This document shows positions 20,188 through 29,089 of a stretch of DNA of 32,000 bases, one piece after another. Source of the stretch: Candidatus Saccharimonadota bacterium (GTDB lineage Bacteria > Patescibacteriota > Gracilibacteria > Absconditabacterales > Absconditicoccaceae); the NCBI GenBank assembly GCA_965231145.1, contig OZ246420.1, positions 240,001 to 272,000 on the forward strand, given 5' to 3'. A program made the position numbers and the translations under genes. How positions within the stretch are numbered: position 1 is the first letter of the stretch; every line of letters begins with the position of its first letter. A model generated the notes under the pieces. That model was given only the letters and a program-made list of their open reading frames with translations. It searched no databases and was not told the DNA's origin.

Positions 20188-21552
20188 TTACTCAGCTTTC
20201 TTCGCTTTAGCCTTTTTAGGCTTCTCTTCTGTTGTTTCATCTTTTTTCGCTTTTGTAGTAGTTTTCTTCGCAGGTTTCTTTTCTGTCGTGTCAGTCTCGC
20301 TATCTTCAGATGCTTTTACACTTTTTGCTTTCGGCTTTGCAGTACTTCCTGAAGCTAACTTAGCATAGAGCTTTTCTTCTGCATCAAGATGTTTATTCCA
20401 GTCGATATCATTGATCTCAAGAAGCTCTACAAGCTTTCTGAGGATGAAGAATTTCTCGAGTGATTGTCTTGCTGATGTTTCAATATCATCGTATACTTTC
20501 TTCGTTCCTTCTTCTCCGATCTTGTCAAAGTATTGCTTCATGCCAGCTTCACCACCCATGCGATCTCCAAGCTGTTTGATGCGAGCTCCCATTTCTTCTC
20601 TCAGCACTGTATGTGGAATGCTGACACTCATAGAACCTTTCACTTCGTCAATCAACTTTTCTACTCCCTGGTGGAGTGCGTTTTCACGTTTCTGTTGACT
20701 GAGTACCTCGTCAATCTTTTTCTGGAGAGATGCTTTGTCGGTAATCTCTTCACTCTGGAAAAGCTTCTTAAGAACTTCAGCATTATCTAAGTCAGGCATG
20801 ATAACGTTCTTAATATCTACGATAGTCGCAGATACATGTGCAGCCTTAAGTCCTTTCTTTGCTTCATCCTTTGGATGAAAGTGGAAAGTATGAGGAAGCT
20901 TCTTTTCATCGTATGCAAATTCAACAGTTGCATCTTTCTTTTGTCCCACAAACTCTTTTTTCAAAAGAGCAGATTCTTCATACTCTTCTTTTCCGAGGAA
21001 TACAGAACCTTTGTCGATTTCATTACCATCTTTGTCTTTCATCGAAAACTTAATTTTCGCAACGCTGTCTTCAGTTACTGTATCGGTATCTTGGTAGTCA
21101 GCATACTGGCGAGCGAGGTTGTTCAATGCAGTTGCTGCTTCTTCAGCAGTAGCAGTAGCGTTGATAGTCTCCATAGAGAGCGATTGCCGCTTTTTGTCTT
21201 TCACTTCTACTTCTGGATATACATCGAGTTTGAAAGTAATAGACCATCCGTTGGCATCCTTGTTGTTCTGGAGATCATAAGGTTGTCCGATAAACTGTAT
21301 TTTATCATGTTCTTTGATAACCTGCTGAAGAGTTTTGTTCATGACTTCCTCATACATAGCCATCTGCATGTATTCAGGCTTAATGTTTTTCTCAACTATA
21401 CTCAAAGGTACATGACCTTGTCTAAATCCTGCAAATGAAAAATCTTTCTGCGCGATAGCGAGGGCTCCTTTTTTCATCTCTGCCTCGGTAGCGGCGTCTA
21501 CCATGACTTTTATTTCATAATTGGCATTTCCTTTAATGAGTTCGTATTTCAT
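20188..21552 (-). CDS. tig: trigger factor, 454 aa, with a Lys-rich C-terminal tail of about 60 aa
   Basis: The ribosome-binding signature GFRQGHVP sits in the N-domain and the overall layout is that of trigger factor. The tail reads KPKAKSVKAS..KKPAKKTTTKAKKDETTEEKPKKAKAKKAE. No TGA. Ends TAA. Confidence 0.9.
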   Translation of the reverse strand: MKYELIKGNANYEIKVMVDAATEAEMKKGALAIAQKDFSFAGFRQGHVPLSIVEKNIKPEYMQMAMYEEVMNKTLQQVIKEHDKIQFIGQPYDLQNNKDANGWSITFKLDVYPEVEVKDKKRQSLSMETINATATAEEAATALNNLARQYADYQDTDTVTEDSVAKIKFSMKDKDGNEIDKGSVFLGKEEYEESALLKKEFVGQKKDATVEFAYDEKKLPHTFHFHPKDEAKKGLKAAHVSATIVDIKNVIMPDLDNAEVLKKLFQSEEITDKASLQKKIDEVLSQQKRENALHQGVEKLIDEVKGSMSVSIPHTVLREEMGARIKQLGDRMGGEAGMKQYFDKIGEEGTKKVYDDIETSARQSLEKFFILRKLVELLEINDIDWNKHLDAEEKLYAKLASGSTAKPKAKSVKASEDSETDTTEKKPAKKTTTKAKKDETTEEKPKKAKAKKAE

Positions 21553-21631
21553 CCTGCGACGATACTAATAAAATAAAGCAGTCCGTTATATATACTGATT
21601 GGCCTTGGATTTTCAATCACAAACCGGCAAC

Positions 21632-22396
21632 CTAATTTTTACCTATGTTCTCTCGTAATGTGTCAAATAAAAGGCTTTGTACCTGAAAAAAGATAGGATT
21701 GTTGACTTCAATTGCGACTAATTGTTCGCCATAAGCTATATGAAAATATGTATCATCAATAAGACAATTAGATGACTTTATGCCTTTGGTTGACTTAAGA
21801 AACCTCGTCTCATAGTTTTTCTTTTTGATCATTTTAGTTTTCTCTTTTACATACTCGCGAGCTTTTGGGGTATCAATAAGTATCTCTCTGTAATGTCACT
21901 TATTCTTCGCAAATTCTTTGACTAATTCTTTTGTCGTTCGTCATGTAAATTTTAGTATGGCGTCAATATCTGTGAGGTAGCGTTTCTCTTTTCCTTCATG
22001 CGTTTTGTCATAAAGGATGCCTATGCTTTCTTCTCATTCATAGTATTTTATTTTTGGTAGAGCTTTATTGAGATGTATGTTTTCTAGTAATGTTGGTTTG
22101 ATGTCTTCAACTTTCTGTATGAGATCCTCATAGGTATTCCTTTTTTTCTGTAGGAGTGAAATAATCTCGTCTGGTGTGATGCTGCTATAGTAGTTACCCT
22201 GAGTTCCTTTTGTAGCTATCAGGAAATTTTTTATTTTCATCTTTTCGACATATCCGTGAATAGTCGATCTAGGCAGTCATACAAATCTTGTGATTCCTGT
22301 GACAGAAAGTCTGCCATATTTTTGGCAAAGAAGGAAGATTTTTCTTTCAACGTCATCTAATCAGACGTCCGATAATATTGTTTCCATGGTGTCCAT
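21632..22396 (-). CDS. TrmB-like winged-helix transcriptional regulator, 254 aa (5 TGA-Gly)
   Basis: The N-terminal LSDVGLDDVERKIFLLCQKYGRLSVTGITRFVGLPRSTIHGYVEKM is a wHTH. ORFs 22034-22240 and 21632-21832 share a frame and are joined through TGA. Confidence 0.6.
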
Positions 22397-22467
22397 ATTT
22401 TTTGATAGAAAATGATAAATAATATTTAATAATGCATAATAATTATATTAAAAAGCTTTATTTGTGC

Positions 22468-22500
22468 AATATTTATTGTCGAAATTCGCCGACAAATATT
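22468..22500. promoter_or_regulatory. imperfect inverted repeat (candidate operator) in a divergent promoter region
   Basis: AATATTT-AT-TGTCG (22468-22481) pairs with CGACAAATATT (22490-22500). It lies between the TrmB-like gene and the methyltransferase gene. Confidence 0.35.
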
Positions 22501-22569
22501 CGTACTATTGACTTACAATGCAAATTACTTCCGCTATGATTTCTGCGCTTTATATTATATGAAACTTAT

Positions 22570-23265
22570 ATGCAGACAGATTATAATCTCATCGCTAAGG
22601 AGTTCTCGGGTTATAAAAGTACTGAAAAAACAGAAAATATTGGATATGGCAAGCTTGTTGAGCTTGTCGGAGAATGCTCACGCAAGAAAATACTTGACTA
22701 TGGGTGTGGAAGCGGTGTTATTGCTGCAGTCTTATCTGCAAAATGAGCTGATCTTATGGGTGTCGATATTTCATCCAATCTTATTAAAATAGCTCAAGAC
22801 AATGTGCCAGGAGTGCCTTTTGAGCTCATTGACTCGAAAGCTCCCTTTGCAAATATAAAAAAGGAGCTTTTTGATGTGATTACTATGAATTATGTCCTCT
22901 GTGTTCTTCCTAAAGAAGAGGAGATTCAAAAGATTATTTCGGGAGCGCATACTTCGTTACACAAATGATGAAAACTTTATATACAAAACGCTAACTGGGA
23001 TAAAGCTAATGGAGCTGATTTTATGTCTTATAAGCTTCATTTTAAAGATAATTTGCAAGATGGCGATAAAATTTTTGTAACACTAAAGCTTGATCATCCG
23101 CTGGAAATTGAAGACTATTTTTTCTCCCAAGAAACGTACAAGAAGTGGCTCTATGAAATATGATTTTCTCATGTTGTCGTGCATGAACTGTATGGAAAAA
23201 AAGAAGATGGACGGGAAGAGGAATTCCGTACATCTCCTTGTTATATTATAGAAGCTATTAAATAA
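22570..23265 (+). CDS. class I SAM-dependent methyltransferase, 231 aa (4 TGA-Gly, including a TGATGA pair)
   Basis: Motif I is ILDYGCGSGVIAAVLSAKGADLMGVDIS. The post-I/II region is DVITMNYVL. LHK-GG-KLYI is encoded by TGA TGA at 22966-22971. Ends TAA. Confidence 0.8.
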
Positions 23266-23266
23266 T

Positions 23267-24082
23267 TTATCTCATAGACTTTTGTATCTTTGCCTTCATC
23301 TTTTTCGCATGCTCAGGGGAGTAGATGAGTTTCAGAGAGCAAGGAGCTTTCATCTTGAGTACCTGGCAGAAGAGATCTTTTTTGTAGCCTTCGACTCAAA
23401 GGATCGAGTTAAAGAAAAGAGAGAAATGTTCGCTGAGTCATGTCGGCAGCATGCATTCTACGATATAGTCTCCGATGATGTCGACAGAATATCCTTCTTG
23501 AGGAAACGGTGTATCGTTGACGCACTTTGTCGTGAAATAGTGCTTTGATAGCTGATCGGCTCCGTGTCTGTCGAGAAATGTGGTATTTCCTATAAGCATC
23601 TGTGATTTTTCTTCTGCGTTGGCGATCTCTTCCATATTAGTAACTTCTTTATCGGGTGTTCAGAGGATATAATAGGGGTGCGATGTATAGTGATATGCTG
23701 GCGATCATGGATTCATTTTTATCAGCTGACAGAGTAAATCCATACGGATGACATTGAGATCATAGAGGTTTGACTCTTCTCGCGTTTCTTGTTGTCCGGG
23801 CGCAAGTTTTTGCAGCACATTTACTTCTTCGCCCTGATAGACTTTCTGGCTGTCTTCGCTGAGGCCAAAGATGTAACGCATGAAGAGTGCATGCAGCTGA
23901 ACTTTTCATCTTGGCTTGACCAGTATCTGATCGTCAATCATATGTGCAATGATCTTATAGAAGTTGGGAAGTGAGATCGTGACTCATTTTTCCATCAGAT
24001 ACTTGTGCAGGGACTGGACAGAATGATCTTTTTGCTTTGCAACGACGCCAATAACAGCGTAAGGAATGCTTGCACGAAACAT
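23267..24082 (-). CDS. wHTH regulator-like protein, paralog 1, 271 aa (6 TGA-Gly)
   Basis: Translated from the minus strand: MFRASIPYAVIGVVAKQKD..ISLPNFYKIIAHMIDDQILVK..SHPYYILG..IIGDYIVECMLP..LIYSPEHAKKMKAKIQ. It has the same length as the neighbouring gene and roughly 45% identity to it by eye. Confidence 0.55.
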
Positions 24083-24100
24083 TTTTGTTTTTGTTTAGAG

Positions 24101-24138
24101 TATAAAAAGAGATAGCATGATTTCGATGCTACCTCTTT
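24101..24138 (-). terminator. hairpin terminator between the two wHTH paralogs
   Basis: 13-bp stem AAAGAGATAGCAT/ATGCTACCTCTTT with one mismatch and loop GATTTCG. The minus-strand continuation is T-rich. Confidence 0.5.
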
Positions 24139-24201
24139 CTATAACCACATACATGTAGGAAAAAAACGGTGAAGAATAGGAAATAATATAATAAGGAGAG
24201 A

Positions 24202-25017
24202 TTACTTAAAAAACTTTTTAATCTTTGCTTTCATCTTCCTCGCGTGTTCAGGGGAGTAGATGATTTTTAGGGATGAGCCTTCTTTCATCTTGATGAGATG
24301 GCTGAACATCTCGACGTTAAATCATTCAAATGATTTAACCGTATCAAAGAAGATTTTATAGTGCTCCGTGATGGTGGTAGGAAAGGTGCATTCTATGATG
24401 TAATCGCCGATGATGTTGATGCAGTATCATTCCTCCGGGAACGGAGGGTTGTCTATGCATGCAATGGTGTATCACTTCATGCTGAGAAGTTCGCTACCGT
24501 AGTGATCGAGAAATGTTTTATTTCAGAAAAGAAAATATGATTTTTCTAAGCTTCATCAGATGTCTTCCATATTTGCTTTCTCTTTATTGGGGATGCTTAA
24601 GATGTGATACGGATGAGAGTTGTAGTAAAAACCTTCTTCACCCGGATGTTCTTTTACCAATTGTCAAAGGAGATCCATCCATATTACATCAAGATCGTAC
24701 AAACTTGGGGCAGTGAAGACCTGCTGTTCTCCAGACTGTAGATTGCTAATTTTATAGCTTGTGTCTGAGAAGTATGTTTCTTGTACGCTATTTGCCAATC
24801 CAATAATGTAATGAAGATACATTGCGTGAATTTGAAGTTTCCCTTTTGATTTTACAAGGATCTGATGATCGATCATACGTCCAATAATTTTATAGAAATT
24901 TGGAAGTGATACTTTCATGTTCTTCTCCGTAATACGAGCATATAATTCTTGCATGCTCAGATCTTTGCTTTCAGCAAGGCAGGTGATAACTGCATGATCT
25001 ATATCTATGCGAAACAT
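24202..25017 (-). CDS. wHTH regulator-like protein, paralog 2, 271 aa (7 TGA-Gly)
   Basis: ORF 24664-25017 continues through TGA: ..WMDLL-G-QLVKEHPGEEGFYYNSHPYHILS..IIGDYIIECTFP..IIYSPEHARKMKAKIKKFFK*. Ends TAA at 24202-24204. Confidence 0.55.
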
Positions 25018-25083
25018 GGTAAGGAGGCTACAAATTAAATTTATCCATTTGTGATAATTTCATCTTAACTTTTCTCAAATCTA

Positions 25084-25111
25084 TTGCAAATGAAAATACT
25101 GCCAGTATAAC
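25084..25111 (+). promoter_or_regulatory. sigma70-like promoter candidate TTGCAA-16 nt-TATAAC upstream of AdoMetDC-like gene 1
   Basis: -35 TTGCAA at 25084-25089 and -10 TATAAC at 25106-25111. The -35 sits inside a 13-mer (ATCTATTGCAAAT, 25079-25091) that recurs at 25646-25658. Confidence 0.35.
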
Positions 25112-25208
25112 CGAGACACTAAATACAACGAAAAACTAAAAATCTCAAAATCTTCGCAATTGCGTATAAAAATGAAAACATCCTTTATATGAAGAAAACC
25201 AACGCACG

Positions 25209-25583
25209 GTGCATCACCACTTTCTTTATTATGCTGTTGTATGACGTACAGATACGGATGCCGAAAAAGCAACACAGACAATCTTGGAAGAATTTCTTTC
25301 TCGTCTGGTTGCTTTTTTAGATATGCATGATACGAGTGATAAATATATTACGTATGATGATGTCCATCACGTGCGAATAGGGAGAGTAGTAGATAGTCTT
25401 TCTCATGCTATCTTTCATTATCATCTGGCTACGGGTATTATACAGATAGATATGTATAGCAACTATCCTTATGAGAAGGAGCACATTAAAGCTTTCTTTG
25501 GAGAGTTCTGGCAGGCGAAAAAGCTAGATTTCCTTTGTATCGATAAACATGGGCGAAACAAGAGGCTAGGATGATGTCTATAG
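25209..25583 (+). CDS. S-adenosylmethionine decarboxylase-like (pyruvoyl-enzyme fold) small protein, paralog 1, about 124 aa; start uncertain
   Basis: VHHHFLYYAVVGR..ILEEFLSRLVAFL..RVVDSLSHAIFHYH..IQIDMYSNYPYE aligns with the downstream paralog and with the SpeH-type pattern (ESH..H..iD.f.C). There is no in-frame ATG, so GTG at 25209 is the best start. It reads through TGA to TAG at 25581-25583. Confidence 0.45.
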
Positions 25584-25723
25584 ACATCGTTTTTATTGTA
25601 TGTAAGATTATCTGAAATTGAGAAATAGTATAGATGATTGTTTATATCTATTGCAAATATTTTCAGGAAATATAAAAAGGGCTCTACTAGCAAACCAAAA
25701 AAAACAAAAGTAAAACATGAGTT

Positions 25724-26119
25724 ATGAACAACACATTAGTGCATCATCATCTACTGTTCTATGCAACAGTAGGAAGGCAAGATCTGACGCCTGAGTCAGG
25801 TGCGGAAACTATACTAGTACAGTTCTTAGATGGGCTAGTGAGTTTCTTACAGATGAAAAAACTTATAGAGCCGATTGTGCTCTATTATGAAAGTAATGAT
25901 GCCTATACAGGCATTGTCGTTATTGCAACTTCGCACATTGCATTTCACTATTTCCGAAAAGAGCAGTTTATCCAAATGGATATCTACTCATGTAAGCCGT
26001 ATGACAAAGAAGCAACACTAACCTACTGTCTATCTTTTTGGAAAGGCAAGCTAGTTGATAGTGTCTTCATGGACAGGCTTACACAAACCGGACAGATCGC
26101 AGTGTCTACAACATCTTAA
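25724..26119 (+). CDS. S-adenosylmethionine decarboxylase-like (pyruvoyl-enzyme fold) small protein, paralog 2, 131 aa
   Basis: LVHHHLLFYATVG..GIVVIATSHIAFHYFRKEQFIQMDIYSCKPYD resembles the class-1 AdoMetDC (SpeH) core GvvviSESHltiHTwPE..iDvftCg. Intact ORF ending TAA. Confidence 0.5.
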   Translation: MNNTLVHHHLLFYATVGRQDLTPESGAETILVQFLDGLVSFLQMKKLIEPIVLYYESNDAYTGIVVIATSHIAFHYFRKEQFIQMDIYSCKPYDKEATLTYCLSFWKGKLVDSVFMDRLTQTGQIAVSTTS

Positions 26120-26159
26120 TAATGAAATTTGCCCAACCCCTTGTTATATTTATCCCAAC

Positions 26160-26191
26160 CTCTTCGCTGTATATAGCGCAAGAGTTTTTTT
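26160..26191 (+). terminator. rho-independent terminator after AdoMetDC-like gene 2
   Basis: CTCTT-CGC/GCG-C-AAGAG stem followed by TTTTTTT (26185-26191). Confidence 0.55.
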
Positions 26192-26195
26192 ATAT

Positions 26196-26218
26196 AAAAA
26201 ATTGGAGGGATATCCAAT
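26196..26218 (-). terminator. rho-independent terminator of rlmH
   Basis: ATTGGA/TCCAAT stem (26201-26206 / 26213-26218). A T-run follows on the minus strand. Confidence 0.5.
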
Positions 26219-26223
26219 AGTGC

Positions 26224-26667
26224 TTAATAGTGATATTCTCTTCACTCCATAATACTTTTTGCTCTATAGACTTGTTCGAGAACAGTGAGTTTTGCTAGTC
26301 CATGGGGCAGGGTTGCTTTGCCAAAGGCTATTTTTGTATGGATGAATGCATCCAATTTTGGTTCATCAAAACCGTAGGGGCCTCAGATGATGAAAGTAAT
26401 ATTATTGTGTGTTTCTGCTATTTTCACAATCTCTTCCGTGGAAACTTGTTTTCCATCCTTCGAGAGAAGGATTTTATAATCGGTATTTTTTGATAGTTTT
26501 TCTATGATTTTATCAGTTTCCTTGGAAATTATCTGGTCGCGGGTACCGTTTTTTTCTGGTTTTATGGTGATGATTTCTAGGTCTTTCCCTAGTCTTTTGA
26601 GATATTCGTCGATAGCAGAGGCAAAGTGCTTATCACTATCGGATATGCATAAAACCTTTATTTTCAT
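26224..26667 (-). CDS. rlmH: 23S rRNA (pseudouridine1915-N3)-methyltransferase RlmH (SPOUT), 147 aa (2 TGA-Gly)
   Basis: MKIKVLCISDSDKHFASAIDEYLKRL.. continues through TGA as FII-G-PYGFDE..IAFGKATLPHGLAKLTVLEQVYRAKSIME-G-REYHY*. Ends TAA. Confidence 0.9.
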
Positions 26668-26746
26668 ACTCTTTTACTTATACTTCAGGTAAAGACTAAT
26701 GACGAAAGACTAAGGATTTTTCAGCAAAAAACAATTAATCCTTCTT

Positions 26747-26775
26747 GTTTTAAGTTTTAGGGTTTTAGTTTTAAG
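26747..26775. repeat. four tandem GTTTTAR heptads directly upstream of the obg start
   Basis: GTTTTAA GTTTTAG G GTTTTAG TTTTAAG at 26747-26775, 8 nt before ATG 26784. A 7-bp hairpin AAGGATT/AATCCTT lies at 26712-26743. Confidence 0.45.
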
Positions 26776-26783
26776 CTCGAAAC

Positions 26784-28289
26784 ATGAAATTCTACGATAA
26801 AGTAAAAGTAACCTTTCAGTCAGGTAAAGGGTGAGACGGAGTAGTGTCTGCACGCCGTGAATCAGGAGTTCCTTTCGGGGGGCCAGCCGGAGGAAATGGA
26901 GGAAAATGAGGTTCAGTGATACTTCGTGCGTCGAAAGATGTAAATACACTGATCGATTTTAGGTATACAAAAATTTTTGCTGCGAACAAAGGTGAGCCGG
27001 GAAGAACAAAAGAACAATATGGAAAAGATGCGGAAGATCTGACATTGCTGGTACCGGTAGGAACGATCATTCGTGACATTAAGTCAGAGCATGTATTGCA
27101 TCAGTTCCTTCTCGACGGTGATCAGTTTAAGATCTGTAAGGGTGGACAAGGAGGTATTTGAAATATGCATTTTAAAAACGCTTCAAATCAATATCCGCAG
27201 TTCGCGCTTCTTGGAGAGCCGGGCGAGGCAAGAGAGGTAGAGCTTGAGCTTCAGCTTCTTGGAGATGTCGCGCTTATCGGAACGCCGAGTGTGGGGAAGT
27301 CGTCGATCATCAATGCTATCAGCAATGTGAAAGCAAAGGTTGCGGACTATCCCTTTACGACGCTTATCCCAAATCTTGGTTCGGTGAAGCATCGTGATTA
27401 TACGTTCAATGTTGTGGATGTGCCAGGGCTTATCGAAGGAGCGAGCGAAGGAAAAGGTCTTGGAAATGATTTTTTGCGTCATATTTTGAAGGCATCTATT
27501 TTTTCATTTGTTATTGATGCGTCTCGTTATGAGCAGGGTATAGAGGAGTTTGGTAAACTCTTTGATGAAATTCTTCACTACATGAAGGAGAAATTTATGC
27601 AAAGTCGTGACTTTGGAAGCGAAATTACTAATATTCATTTTAAGCTCAGAAAGGACAACGAAAGACTTTTCCTCGAAGTGCTCGCAACGATCAATGATGA
27701 ACAAAAGGTGCTCATGGAAAAGATGGTAGTTATCATTCTTAACAAACAGGATATTCTGGATGACGATGAAGTGGTTGGCGAGTATACAACACACTTCCTG
27801 CAACACGCGCAAATGTACTTGAAACACACCTTTGGCGTGTTTCTGGAAACACAAGAGATTCCGGTGTTTATGATCTCTGCTATGACGCAAAATGGTGTCA
27901 CTAGGTGGCTTGATCTTATCCAACATTACCTTCAGTACGATAGAGAAGCGAGTTCATTGCTCTTATTTGACGTAGTGCCAGTAGAAAAGAAGCCTGTAGG
28001 CGATATCAAAGATGCTACAGCTGAGGTTCTACCATGGCTTATTGAACGTGGGTATGTCGAAGAACTCGATGCAAAATATGCAAAAGTGTGGCAAGTTGCC
28101 GATGATGAGTTCTGTCGTCTTGCATACATGCTTCCATGGGGAAATGATGAAGCAGAGATGTGGTTCTGGAATGTGATGAGCAAAAAACGCTTCGTGACGA
28201 AACTGGAAACTGCGGGTCTCGTAAAGTGAGATATCATCAAGATTTCATCCCTCTACAATGGAGTGGAGGACAAGTATATTAGATACTAA
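26784..28289 (+). CDS. obg: GTPase Obg/CgtA, 501 aa (4 TGA-Gly)
   Basis: The Obg-fold Gly repeats are SGKG-G-DGVVSARRE, GGNGGK-G-GSVIL and KGGQGGI-G-N. The G domain has GTPSVGKSS, DVPGL, NKQD and SAM. The C-terminal OCT-like part reads through TGA (AGLVK-G-DIIKI) to TAA. Confidence 0.95.
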
Positions 28290-28301
28290 TAAACTTATAG
28301 A

Positions 28302-28367
28302 GCAATTAGATTGTAGATTTTAGATGTTGGCAGCGTGCTATAATCTAAAAATCCAGTATCTAATTGC
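28302..28367. repeat. TAGAT-rich palindromic intergenic element, copy C (likely doubles as the obg terminator)
   Basis: The terminal inverted repeats are GCAATTAGAT (28302-28311) and ATCTAATTGC (28358-28367). TTTTTT follows the element. The left arm resembles the copy B left arm. Confidence 0.6.
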
Positions 28368-28380
28368 TTTTTTATTAGTG

Positions 28381-28408
28381 TTGCAATAAAAAAAAACATA
28401 CCTATAAT
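28381..28408 (+). promoter_or_regulatory. sigma70-like promoter candidate TTGCAA-16 nt-TATAAT
   Basis: -35 TTGCAA at 28381-28386 and -10 TATAAT at 28403-28408, about 50 nt upstream of ATG 28460. Confidence 0.45.
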
Positions 28409-28459
28409 GCGAGTTCAACAAAATATACTAACCATTGTAAATAAAAACAAAGAGAAACT

Positions 28460-28936
28460 ATGTCTATTGTTCATTTTGTAGTAAAAGGTACAGATAAAGA
28501 CACAATAAACTTAATACATAAGGAATGTGAGGGGGCGTCTTTTACTCCTCATATTGTGTATCACGGTGCTGTATCTTTCCGGGGAAGACATGATTTTAAT
28601 CTCTTTTCCGCGAATAATGAAATATATGAACTGCCTATAAAAGATTATGGCATAATGAGGTCGCTCCATACGAACTCCAGCATTCTGCAAACACAACTGA
28701 TACAATCAACGTATCCGTTGGTAGGCTGTATTGGTAGAGATATAAAGAATATATGGGCAGGACCATCAGTAGCCACTAATATTATTGGTAGAACATTAAT
28801 CTTATTCGAAGATTGTCCTACGTTGGCGCCTTGGATAAAAGCAACTGAAAGATATCTTGATCGTTTCAAGGCTACTATTAAGAGTGCGCAATCAGTAGAA
28901 CATATTATTAATGATCTTAAAATGGGGAACGTATAA
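28460..28936 (+). CDS. hypothetical protein, 158 aa
   Basis: Intact ORF with no TGA that ends TAA. It has its own promoter-like signal and terminator. I recognise no motif. Confidence 0.5.
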   Translation: MSIVHFVVKGTDKDTINLIHKECEGASFTPHIVYHGAVSFRGRHDFNLFSANNEIYELPIKDYGIMRSLHTNSSILQTQLIQSTYPLVGCIGRDIKNIWAGPSVATNIIGRTLILFEDCPTLAPWIKATERYLDRFKATIKSAQSVEHIINDLKMGNV

Positions 28937-28961
28937 GTTCCTCTTTTTTTATACAAAAAAA

Positions 28962-28991
28962 CCATCCGCGCGCTTCATGGGATGGATTTTT
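28962..28991 (+). terminator. rho-independent terminator after the 28460-28936 gene
   Basis: CCATCC/GGATGG stem (28962-28967 / 28980-28985) followed by ATTTTT. Confidence 0.55.
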
Positions 28992-29089
28992 GAAGGAAGA
29001 AAGGTAGTTGTCTATACTACATCCATATTGGTAAGCTGTTCACATAACTACTTACATGTCAGTTCTTATAATATGTCGCTGTGCTTGTC

